Below are positions 31,079 to 39,977 of a DNA stretch of 64,000 nucleotides, in pieces. Below the pieces are notes generated by a model, which did not search any database, was not told the DNA's origin, and saw nothing but the letters and a program-made list of their open reading frames with translations. The translations under genes were made by a program, and so were the position numbers. How positions within the stretch are numbered: the first letter of the stretch is position 1; each line of letters begins with the position of its first letter. Origin of the DNA: an uncultured archaeon (lineage in GTDB: Archaea; Asgardarchaeota; Lokiarchaeia; Sigyniarchaeales; SOKP01); contig CAYLZE010000008.1 in NCBI GenBank assembly GCA_964388035.1, positions 22,000 through 85,999 of the forward strand, read 5' to 3'.

Positions 31079-31729
31079 TTGACCGTGTTAAATTACAATA
31101 TGGACCAGAATATGGTTTTGTATGACGATTTCAAAGGTATCCTATCGAATGGATCTTTTACTGGTTGTTCAATCATAACGAAATGTCAGGATTCATCTAA
31201 TTCCATCATTTTTTCTGATAACATAACCATTTCGGAAGATCAGAAAATTGTGATTAAAGAGGGATTGAAAATTGGTTTTAGTTTAAATTTAAATAAGGAA
31301 ACCGCTTTTTCTGAAAAGAGAGATTTTACCTGGGAAGAAGATTTTACTTCTTTAGAATATTCCGTATTAATTCCCGAACGTGTCATGGAATTATACGATG
31401 AAGGGCGATTTTCTGAATCATATCCTTTCACTATTAATTTATTGCATACTGCGGGGCTTTTTTTTCGAACAGCAAATGGAGGAAATTTAAACCATCTGGA
31501 TTTTGTTATTGGAGAAATAATAAAAAATCCCATTTGTTTAATCGAAAATGGGATTATAGTAGCAGATAGAGTTGTTATTGATGATAGAGGAGATCCCGTT
31601 TTTTATGATTGCATTATAGTTGGGAGAGACCAAGAAGATAATCTTTCTGTTTCATATGAACCATTTGCAAACGTTTCAGAAGGACTGATTTACATAATCA
31701 TTTTAGGAAAAGAATCCTTAAGGGAATGA
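31079..31729 (+). CDS. Hypothetical protein, probably co-transcribed with the downstream ATPase
   Basis: 216-aa ORF ending 10 nt upstream of the next CDS. Confidence 0.7.
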   Translation: MTVLNYNMDQNMVLYDDFKGILSNGSFTGCSIITKCQDSSNSIIFSDNITISEDQKIVIKEGLKIGFSLNLNKETAFSEKRDFTWEEDFTSLEYSVLIPERVMELYDEGRFSESYPFTINLLHTAGLFFRTANGGNLNHLDFVIGEIIKNPICLIENGIIVADRVVIDDRGDPVFYDCIIVGRDQEDNLSVSYEPFANVSEGLIYIIILGKESLRE

Positions 31730-31739
31730 AAATATTTGA

Positions 31740-33002
31740 TTGAAAGGGTTAATAAGAATGCTATTATATGAAAATAAAAAGAAGAAATTTTTACGAATAC
31801 TCCAAATCGGGATAAATCCCTTTCAAAAATTTGTATCTACAGGAGAAATCAAGGAAACCCTTGGAATGGTTCCCTCAAGGAAAGATTTTATGGATGCAAT
31901 CATAGATCTTATCGAGAGTAATGAAAATTTCATTCTCCCAATCATTGGAGATACTGGAAGAGGAAAGACCCACTTGTTCTGGGCATTACGAAATGAATTA
32001 ACCTACAATTATATCGTCCATATTTCCCCAGAGAATCTTTATCGCAAGTTTTATTATAATATATATTCCGAATTCATAGAAACTTTAGGGATAAATGTGC
32101 TACGAAGTATAACAAATCAATTATGTAATCAATGGGGCGCCCTGGAGAGAAAATTTGGATTTTTTTATTTAGCCGATATAGAGAAAGTGCGAAAGATGGC
32201 TTTTAACACGTTAGAATCGCAATTTAAAAATAAGGAAGCCTTAAAGGATGTCATTCAAACCATAACTTCTCATCAATTAGATCCTTATAGAAGGTTGGAT
32301 GCGGAAAATTGGTTATTAGGGAATATCATGGATTTCAAAGAGCTTTCAATGTTAAACGTGCAAAATGATCTAAGTAAAAGTATCTATGCCTATACCATGT
32401 TAAAATTATTGATCGAAAATGCAAAACTTGAAAGTATTGTTTTCATTGACGATTTTGATCGAATTCTCTCTCTTTTAAAATTCGAAGAAGAAGTGGAAGA
32501 AGTTTTCGATCCAAGTTGGTTATATGGCAAAAATGAAGAACAATCTATTTCCAGAAGTAACACCATCATGAAAGTTATTGATAAGATTTCTGAATTAGTG
32601 CAGATACAGGGGTTAAAGTGCATTATAACTCTCCGGTCTCTGGATGCTCTTGAACAAATTAAGGAATTATTCAGCAAAACACATTTAGAAACCTTATCTC
32701 TCTTTAAACAACCCTTATTTTTGACAGATTTTAACAGAAATGATATTTTTTATTTTTATAGAGAGTATATAAAAATCTTTTTGGACGATATTGGGTTTCC
32801 AGAATTATTAGATTTGAATACAGATCCATACTATCCTCTTACTGAAAAAATCCTTCATGACTTTTTTTCAATTTCCCAAGGAAATCCAAGAAATGTAATT
32901 AAGACATTAATCAACATTTTTAACGAAATAATCATGAGTAATGAAAGTCTTGAAGATATTATCGCAAATTATGAAAAAATAGCTCATCCTAAATCGTTTT
33001 GA
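31740..33002 (+). CDS. AAA+-type P-loop ATPase (BrxD/Cdc6/ExeA-like)
   Basis: Walker A GDTGRGKT, Walker B VFIDD, YYPLT and sensor-2-like SQGNPR. Confidence 0.85.
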   Translation: MKGLIRMLLYENKKKKFLRILQIGINPFQKFVSTGEIKETLGMVPSRKDFMDAIIDLIESNENFILPIIGDTGRGKTHLFWALRNELTYNYIVHISPENLYRKFYYNIYSEFIETLGINVLRSITNQLCNQWGALERKFGFFYLADIEKVRKMAFNTLESQFKNKEALKDVIQTITSHQLDPYRRLDAENWLLGNIMDFKELSMLNVQNDLSKSIYAYTMLKLLIENAKLESIVFIDDFDRILSLLKFEEEVEEVFDPSWLYGKNEEQSISRSNTIMKVIDKISELVQIQGLKCIITLRSLDALEQIKELFSKTHLETLSLFKQPLFLTDFNRNDIFYFYREYIKIFLDDIGFPELLDLNTDPYYPLTEKILHDFFSISQGNPRNVIKTLINIFNEIIMSNESLEDIIANYEKIAHPKSF

Positions 33003-33732
33003 GGAATATCTTGATGTAAATGTCTATTTCATTCAAGATCATTTCTTTAACCTCCTTTTCCCATTTCGCATTCTCAACCAGCAACTTGAAGGAATTTAAT
33101 GATCCGAATTTTAATGGATTATCAAATATAATAACAAGAAGCTTACGTATCATTCTTTTATTTAATTTTTTACGAAATTCAGCTTCATTTAAAATATCGA
33201 ATAAGGCCTTTTCCTCCTTTACATGCTCATTAATTATCTTAGAAGTAAGCTCCCCAATTCTTGAATTATTATCTTCCAATAAAAGAATGATATCCTTTAA
33301 AAGTTCATTATTGATCTCTTTTAAATTACTTATAAAATTAAGAGCACTGATTCTGATTAAGTCATAATCCTCCTTCAAACTAACTTGGAATAATGACATG
33401 TTTTGATCTGAAATGGGATTCATATCCGAAATCTTATCTAATGCTTGAATTATCTCATTTCGAATCCATCTATCGGAGTTAAAATAAGAATCATTAAGAT
33501 AATCGATGTATTTTTTTGGAAGTTTTTCTTTTTGTCCAATATTCCCTAGTAGATAAATTATATTTATCTTTACTTTTTCAAGGAATGAAGAATTGAAAGA
33601 GCTTATTAAAAAATCTATTACTTGTAAGTGATCTGAGCTAGCATCTTGCCCTAAAGTGAGTAAGACATCATTAATCTTTTCAGGGTTTTTCTCTTTCTTA
33701 ATGCTTTTCAATATTTCATCTAGTGATTTCAA
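32989..33732 (-). CDS. HEAT-repeat protein
   Basis: Helical repeats IIYLLGNIG, DRWIRNEIIQALDKI, DYDLIRISAL and LEDNNSRI. Confidence 0.75.
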   Translation of the reverse strand: MKSLDEILKSIKKEKNPEKINDVLLTLGQDASSDHLQVIDFLISSFNSSFLEKVKINIIYLLGNIGQKEKLPKKYIDYLNDSYFNSDRWIRNEIIQALDKISDMNPISDQNMSLFQVSLKEDYDLIRISALNFISNLKEINNELLKDIILLLEDNNSRIGELTSKIINEHVKEEKALFDILNEAEFRKKLNKRMIRKLLVIIFDNPLKFGSLNSFKLLVENAKWEKEVKEMILNEIDIYIKIFLKTI

Positions 33733-33859
33733 GTTATCATTCCGAAATACGCATTGATCAATATTAATGCTTCATGCTTTATATTTCATTCATGTAGAAA
33801 TGGAGTACTGAAGAAAATGCAACGTAAATAAACCAAGATAATGGCGCTTGATGGCGGAA

Positions 33860-34108
33860 TCAACGCTTAATTTTCTTCCGAAAATCTAGTACATCTTCAT
33901 TTATATCTAAAACAATATAGTTCTTCACTCTTTGAGCAATGGCGTGTAAATAATCCCATTCTGCATCAATGAAGTTTCCACATGATGAACAATATGGACT
34001 TGCTGAACTACTGGGTTTGTAAATTTTTTGCATTAGAGGTTTAAAACAATATGGACATTTTTCTGGATAAGCATCGATTATTTTTTGAATTTTCGCAAGT
34101 TCATCCAT
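33860..34108 (-). CDS. Small zinc-ribbon protein
   Basis: CPYC...CSSCG; AGGTGA SD upstream. Confidence 0.75.
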   Translation of the reverse strand: MDELAKIQKIIDAYPEKCPYCFKPLMQKIYKPSSSASPYCSSCGNFIDAEWDYLHAIAQRVKNYIVLDINEDVLDFRKKIKR

Positions 34109-34205
34109 TTTTTGTCACCTTTTTAGGAACAATTCATTGAATGAATATTATTATTTATAAATTAAAAATGGATTTATTATTATTTAAAGAAATTTCTTAT
34201 TTTTT

Positions 34206-34949
34206 TCATTTAATTCTATTACCTACAACTCCGACGTATAATGCGATCTCTTCTTTTCCATCAATACCTAATATCGTATTTAATTCGTCATCATAAATTG
34301 CTCCTATCGTGCAAGCCCCCAGATTTAATGCTTCCGCAACTAAATAAAAGTTTTGTGCGATATGTCCGCAATCTAGATAAAGATAGCGATAGCATCTCTG
34401 TAAATATTTCCATTTAGAGCGTTCAATCATGGCGGTCCATATTACATTCACGGCAGATTTATATGCCATTTTTTGATCTAAACAAGCTTTTGCAACATCC
34501 AAGCTAAAATCCCCTATTTTAATCAGTTCAAGAGCATGATCTGAGATATTATAATGGTAAATCCCTTTTTTCAAGTCAACAACATTATTGCTTGTTATAT
34601 AAACCTCAATAGGATACAATCCTCCTGCAGAAGGGCTTACGCGAAAAGAGAATTGGGGATATACTCTTGTTATGCCCGTCATTCCAAATAATAAGAGACT
34701 TAATTGCATCAAAGTGAGAGGCTCACTGGAAAAATTTCTTGTTGAGTGCCGATTGATCAACACGGTCCAAAAATCTTTCTTATCATTGAATTCAGTGAAT
34801 TCAGGTCTTGGTAATTGAATAGTATCTAAAGCATCTTTATAAACTTTATATGGCGCAGGTTGATGCTCCCAATCTAACTGATGTCTTGGTAATCTGCCCC
34901 TATGATACTTGGACTTTTCTTGGAAATTATCCCCATAATTTTCATTCAT
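34206..34949 (-). CDS. SagB/ThcOx-family nitroreductase-like oxidoreductase
   Basis: RHSTRNF, RVSPSAGGLYP, GIYHY, WKY..R.YRY..LDCGHIAQN and IGAIYDD. Confidence 0.92.
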   Translation of the reverse strand: MNENYGDNFQEKSKYHRGRLPRHQLDWEHQPAPYKVYKDALDTIQLPRPEFTEFNDKKDFWTVLINRHSTRNFSSEPLTLMQLSLLLFGMTGITRVYPQFSFRVSPSAGGLYPIEVYITSNNVVDLKKGIYHYNISDHALELIKIGDFSLDVAKACLDQKMAYKSAVNVIWTAMIERSKWKYLQRCYRYLYLDCGHIAQNFYLVAEALNLGACTIGAIYDDELNTILGIDGKEEIALYVGVVGNRIK

Positions 34950-35189
34950 TGAGAATTATATTCCAAGAATACAATAAAAATTTTAATTTAATGAATTATA
35001 ATTTAGCTGATCTTCTCATGTCCTTAATCCGGAATATAAATAATGACAAATGAATGAGAAAAAATTATAAAAAAATTATTATATTGTAAGAATTTATCCT
35101 AAAATCACAAGCATTTTCATTCAATTTAAATTTCATTAACACAACAATGGGATTTAGAATTAATCGTTTTGAATTAAAGTAAAAAAAAA

Positions 35190-35843
35190 TCAAACAAACA
35201 GTATCTTATCATCTTTTATTTTTTGAATAAATTCTCCTAACCACTCCAGTCTTGCTAAAAGTTCTTTATATGGTCGTTCAAAAAGTGCTAAAAGATTATT
35301 TAGAACTGGTTTCAATTCTTCTGTTATTAAAAAATGCCCCGCTATATCACCTTTTTTTCCCCTCTTTAATCCATCGACGTATGATTTTAGAGAATCAATA
35401 CTCTTTTTTGTCATTAATGCGTAATTTTCTAAAGAATTAATTGCTTTTTGTTTACTTAATAATCCAATATACCCAATAGCTAAATCAAAGGGATTTTTTA
35501 AAATAATAGGTGTTGATAAGAAACGTTCCATATGATCCAGTAAGGCTCTTTCTCCATTTTCAGTAGAAAAATATTTTTTTATTCTTCTTTGATTTGCTAC
35601 ATCCTCTTCTGAAATTAAATAACCATATTCTTCCAAGCGATTCAAGCAATTATACACCGTGGAATACTGGATATCAACCCATGTTGGATATTTTGCTTCC
35701 CTCATTTCAGAAATTATTTCTTTACCTGTTATCCCATCAAACCTATCCATGGATTTCCGAGAAATAATAATACCTAAAATAGCTACATCACTAATAGGGA
35801 GTTCATCGGGAGGGGTTTTGATTGATTTATGCTTATCATTCAA
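35190..35843 (-). CDS. PadR-family transcriptional regulator
   Basis: W.DI..STVYNCLNRLEEYGYL, KKYFSTENG and a Vir_act-like helical C-terminus. Confidence 0.85.
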   Translation of the reverse strand: MNDKHKSIKTPPDELPISDVAILGIIISRKSMDRFDGITGKEIISEMREAKYPTWVDIQYSTVYNCLNRLEEYGYLISEEDVANQRRIKKYFSTENGERALLDHMERFLSTPIILKNPFDLAIGYIGLLSKQKAINSLENYALMTKKSIDSLKSYVDGLKRGKKGDIAGHFLITEELKPVLNNLLALFERPYKELLARLEWLGEFIQKIKDDKILFV

Positions 35844-35909
35844 GAATATAATTCACAGTTTTATTTATAATTGAAAATAATTTTACTTTTTAATTAAAAA
35901 AAAACCTGT

Positions 35910-36398
35910 TTATTCTAATAATAAGTTAATTTCTGTTTGCCACTTATTCTGATCCGGTTCCTTATGAGGATCAGTTAAATAAACTTCCCACCAAATATTT
36001 GTATATTTATAGCCTTCTTTCTGAATCCACTCTTTCATGATATCATATATTTTAGAAATCTTTCGAAGCTTACCGGTATATATATAATAAGCCGTCTTCC
36101 CACTGGGAAGATTACTCGATTCAATCTCTCCTTCTGGTGTTATGGGTTCTGAAATGGGCATTCCTACCTCTATTTCTCCTTTACCTTTTTCAAAACCATA
36201 ATAAATAGCAAGTGGGGCTCCAATGGGTTGAATCCTCTTTTCCTCTAAGAAAGAAAATAATTTCATCATTAATTTAGGAAATACTTTTGGTATTTGCCAT
36301 GCTTTTATCTTCTTTTTAATAGACGCAATAGGTTGAGATTCTAATTCTCTCAGTTCTACCTTATCGTTCATTTTTCCACCTTTCAAATTTTTTTTCAT
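35910..36398 (-). CDS. GyrI-like small-molecule-binding protein
   Basis: LPSGKTA..IYTG...I..IY..M.EWI and WEVYLTDP...WQTEI. Confidence 0.9.
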   Translation of the reverse strand: MKKNLKGGKMNDKVELRELESQPIASIKKKIKAWQIPKVFPKLMMKLFSFLEEKRIQPIGAPLAIYYGFEKGKGEIEVGMPISEPITPEGEIESSNLPSGKTAYYIYTGKLRKISKIYDIMKEWIQKEGYKYTNIWWEVYLTDPHKEPDQNKWQTEINLLLE

Positions 36399-36458
36399 TA
36401 CACTTCTAATTTATAAAAAAATCAAATTCCTTATTTTTTAATGCTGGATCCATCATTG

Positions 36459-36474
36459 GATCTATATTTAGATC
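36459..36474. promoter_or_regulatory. Short inverted repeat GATCTA-N4-TAGATC upstream of the gyrI-padR pair (possible operator)
   Basis: Perfect 6-bp arms about 60 nt upstream of the GyrI-like ORF; function inferred. Confidence 0.3.
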
Positions 36475-36613
36475 GAAATAATCTTCCTATTTAAATTTGA
36501 TTAATCTAACTTTTCCCTATACTCCTCAGTTAAAAATAGGTTTTTGAATAACTCATATCCCTTTAATAAAAATTTAATAAAAAGTATTAAAATGATTTTA
36601 GTTTTTTTTTCTC

Positions 36614-36979
36614 ATGAATGAAAAGATGAGTTTAAAAGATTTATTCATATCATGGGAATCTTTTAATTCAAACATTTCAGAATCATTTAATTCATTAGAT
36701 TTTTCCAGCGTGAGGGACGTGCGAAATAAACAAAGAGAAATTGAGGATATAATTTACGCTTCCCTATTGGAAAATGCTCCTGAAGATTTAAAGCAAATTC
36801 TTCCGGAAGATTGCGGAGAAATGGAAATTGGGTATGATATAGGCAATGAGAAATTTTACTTTTTAATGGAGGATCCTTTTTCCGATCCTGAAGAAGAGGA
36901 ATTAAAAATTTTAGCAATCACTATAGATACTGACAGTAAAGTGGAGACAATAAAGGATTTTCACGTTGATGAAGATTAA
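36614..36979 (+). CDS. Acidic hypothetical protein
   Basis: 121-aa ATG ORF with coding-like composition. Confidence 0.7.
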   Translation: MNEKMSLKDLFISWESFNSNISESFNSLDFSSVRDVRNKQREIEDIIYASLLENAPEDLKQILPEDCGEMEIGYDIGNEKFYFLMEDPFSDPEEEELKILAITIDTDSKVETIKDFHVDED

Positions 36980-37230
36980 TTCCTTAATCTCTCTCATAAT
37001 TATAAGTATAAAAGAAAATAATACCCTAGAACGCACTCATTCCTATAGAATTGTAAATTCAAGGATTAATTTTAAAATCTTACTTATTTTACTTATTCCC
37101 TTGAAATTATTTTATTATAATATTGAATCCATGAGGAATTCAAAGCAATTAAACAAAAAACTTGTCGAGTCCTCACACTTAAATTAATAACTAATTTTTT
37201 TTTAATTCAAAGGATAAAATCTAGATTTAA

Positions 37231-37437
37231 TTAAAAAAGGAGGAGCATGAAACGAGAAAATGTAAATATTACTCTGCTTGCATGTATCATGATTCCGAGA
37301 GTATTACCTGCAGAAAATTAAGCGGTGAAGGGTGCGGTAAAAAAAAAGAATTTGATGATTATTCATACTCAAAACATGGAAAAGAAATCTCGATTAATAG
37401 AGAAAAACAATCAATATCACTTTTATTCGATATTTAA
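37231..37437 (+). CDS. Small Cys-rich protein missed by the ORF track (no canonical start before the first Cys)
   Basis: Open frame LKKEEHETRKCKYYSACMYHDSESITCRKLSGEGCGKKKEF...LFDI* between TAA 37228 and TAA 37435. Confidence 0.5.
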   Translation, partial: LKKEEHETRKCKYYSACMYHDSESITCRKLSGEGCGKKKEFDDYSYSKHGKEISINREKQSISLLFDI

Positions 37438-37715
37438 TTATTTTTCAAAAATTTTCTCTTTTCTTTCGCATCCCAATTCATTGAATAAATCACTTTATTT
37501 TTCTTAATTTTTAATATAATAGCAATACTTTATAGGATTCATGAGCATGAACGATTAAGAAATGATTCCACTAACCATGTTTTCCAATTTAATTATTTAT
37601 TATTAAAAATAGCAGGTAAATTATTTAATGGATAGAAGGGGAAAAAAAAATTTTAATAGTTATTTTATTAAACAATGCTTCTACTCAAAATGAGAGAGAT
37701 TTCATTATCAAACGG

Positions 37716-39245
37716 TCAAAATTTATCGGAATCCTCATACCAGTCAGGAAACCACTGATAATACTCCTTGGGAAAAGCTTCTTGCAATCCTTTATAAGAA
37801 GCTTTAACTAGATCGATTTTTCCTTGTCGATCTTTATGGGTCACTACTTTCATACTTTCCTCTAAGTTTTCCACAACCTTTCTTACTGCAGACCTGCTTC
37901 CACCTATATCTTCTCTAATATCGTCCAATGTCATGTATAAGCCGGGATTTACTTTATAATCATGCGCAATTACTTTTAAAATATTTTCCTCGTTAACTTC
38001 TAAACCATTAAATTTAGAAGGCTTGCTTGATACAAGAGGAGCATTAACTTCATCATTCCATCGCAAACGGATAGGCTTTGTAAAGAAAGGTAACATTGAG
38101 GAAAACCTGTAAATAATCATCTTTTGGACTTCCGTAGTACCCGCAACGATTTCTCCGATCTTTCCCTCTCTGACGATACGTTCCGCGGGATAAAACTTGG
38201 TTAATCCATCTCCCCCCATTACCTGAACCGCCTTGAGACCTGCATCCCTCACATATTCACTAATCATCCATTTTGCAATGGAAGCATCAATCATGGGTTC
38301 TAGTCCATCGTCAAGTTGTTTTGCACAATTATATGAAAAAAGCCTGCCCATCCGATATTTTGCAACAATTTCAGCAATTTCATTTTGGATTCCTGGGAAT
38401 TGGCTCGTGGCGCGATTAAATTGTATTCTCCTTTTGGTATAATGAAAGAGTAATTGAATTATATCTTTCATCACACCTACATAGACCGCTCCCGCGATTA
38501 ATCGCTCGAAATTAAGACCGGACATCATGACACTCCATCCTTTACCAATGGGTCCTATTCGGTTCTCATCGGGAATACGCACGTTTTCAAAACTTAAATA
38601 TGCGTTAGGAACGTTATCAAATCCGACTAATGGATTAATTCGTTCTAAAGAAAATCCGGGGGTTCCTTTTTCTACAATGAAGGACGTGATATGACCATAT
38701 TCCTTTCGCGTAGCAGGATCTTCGCTCGTTTTTGCATAAATGAAGTATCTATCAGACACTCCCCCCCCAGTAATATACCGTTTTTTACCATTTATCACCC
38801 ACTCATCTCCTTCTTTTACGGCTGTTGTCATGACATTAGCCGCATCTGAACCCGCAAAAGGTTCTGTAATGCATACTGCGCCCAATTTCTTGCCACTAGC
38901 TAATTGTGGTAACCATTTTGCTTTTTGTTCCTCTGTAGCATACCTTAATAATTGTTCTAAACCTGCTAACATGCTGACTACAAACACGTGCCCGACGGAA
39001 TACAATCTTCCCAGTTGTTCTGCTACGATACAAGCTCCAGTTGCTCCTAATTCCAAGCCCCCATATTTTTTGGGAATTCCAGCTCCAAAATATCCTTTAT
39101 CAGCCACCTCACGAACAATGTCCCAAGGAAATTTCCGTTTCCAGAAGTATTTTTCAGCGTCTTCAAATTTCGCCTCTACGAATTGTTCTACTTCTTTCGC
39201 AATCGCTTTTTGATCTTCATTCCACCAGAAAAAAGCTTCGCTCAT
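37716..39245 (-). CDS. Acyl-CoA dehydrogenase with C-terminal winged-helix-like extension
   Basis: CITEPFAGSD, INGKKRYIT, LNFERL, RIQF, QVMGGDG and GTTEVQ, followed by about 125 extra residues. Confidence 0.93.
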   Translation of the reverse strand: MSEAFFWWNEDQKAIAKEVEQFVEAKFEDAEKYFWKRKFPWDIVREVADKGYFGAGIPKKYGGLELGATGACIVAEQLGRLYSVGHVFVVSMLAGLEQLLRYATEEQKAKWLPQLASGKKLGAVCITEPFAGSDAANVMTTAVKEGDEWVINGKKRYITGGGVSDRYFIYAKTSEDPATRKEYGHITSFIVEKGTPGFSLERINPLVGFDNVPNAYLSFENVRIPDENRIGPIGKGWSVMMSGLNFERLIAGAVYVGVMKDIIQLLFHYTKRRIQFNRATSQFPGIQNEIAEIVAKYRMGRLFSYNCAKQLDDGLEPMIDASIAKWMISEYVRDAGLKAVQVMGGDGLTKFYPAERIVREGKIGEIVAGTTEVQKMIIYRFSSMLPFFTKPIRLRWNDEVNAPLVSSKPSKFNGLEVNEENILKVIAHDYKVNPGLYMTLDDIREDIGGSRSAVRKVVENLEESMKVVTHKDRQGKIDLVKASYKGLQEAFPKEYYQWFPDWYEDSDKF

Positions 39246-39455
39246 GCGAAAAAAAATATTGTAACTTTAATATACATTATTAAATTGCATTGAACTTAAT
39301 TTATTTCCCTTATCATTGACAATTAAATATGAGCTAACATGCCCGTATCCTAATGAAAAAGACTCTTAATTTGAGAATAGGTATACATCATTGAACAAGT
39401 TTTATTGACATGTAAATCGATATTAATATCTGAAAATACATTAATAATGTAGATA

Positions 39456-39701
39456 ATGTCAATCTAAGTTGAATGTGATCTAGAAATTCTTGGAGGAAAA
39501 CCTGTAATTAAGGGAACGAGAGTTCCTGTTTCGTTAATATATGAATTAATTGGTTCTAACTACACAATAGAAGAAATATTTAAAGATTATACACGCTTTA
39601 ATCGAGATGTGATTTTGAAACTACTTAAACTTGGAAAGGATGCAGTTAAAAATCTCTCTAACGTGGATATTAATAAGATAATTGCTCACGAGGTACAATA
39701 A
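39456..39701 (+). pseudogene. DUF433 antitoxin-like gene with premature TAA (39465-39467)
   Basis: MSI*VECDLEILGGKPVIKGTRVPVSLIYELI...TIEEIFKDY matches the DUF433 signature. Confidence 0.8.
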
Positions 39702-39704
39702 TAC

Positions 39705-39794
39705 GTGAAGTTTTTGCTCGATGAACGCGTACCTTATTCAATGAAAGAAGTTAATCAACAACTTTTGAAAATAAAACTCTTTTTTATGTATTGA
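39705..39794 (+). pseudogene. Truncated DUF5615/PIN-like toxin remnant
   Basis: GTG-KFLLDERVP begins 3 nt after the DUF433 stop; GAGGT SD upstream; stops after 29 codons. Confidence 0.6.
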
Positions 39795-39977
39795 ACAAGA
39801 TTCTTCAGCAAATAAAAATTAAAGATTTCAAATGATAAGATTTATTATATCCATTTTTTTTACTTCTTATAATTAGTTAAGAAATCAAATTTAATTGGAA
39901 GTGAGTCAACGATTTCTATTCCCTCTTCATTACGATTAGGAATAAGAACTACTAACACCCTTGTTAAGAAGCGATAT

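Noticed and set aside
31740-33002. BREX defence system
   Set aside because: Only a BrxD-like ATPase is present; there is no PglX, PglZ, BrxC or helicase in the window.
34206-34949. RiPP (thiazole/oxazole) biosynthetic cluster around the SagB-like gene
   Set aside because: No YcaO cyclodehydratase or precursor peptide is nearby, and stand-alone SagB-like oxidoreductases are common in archaea.
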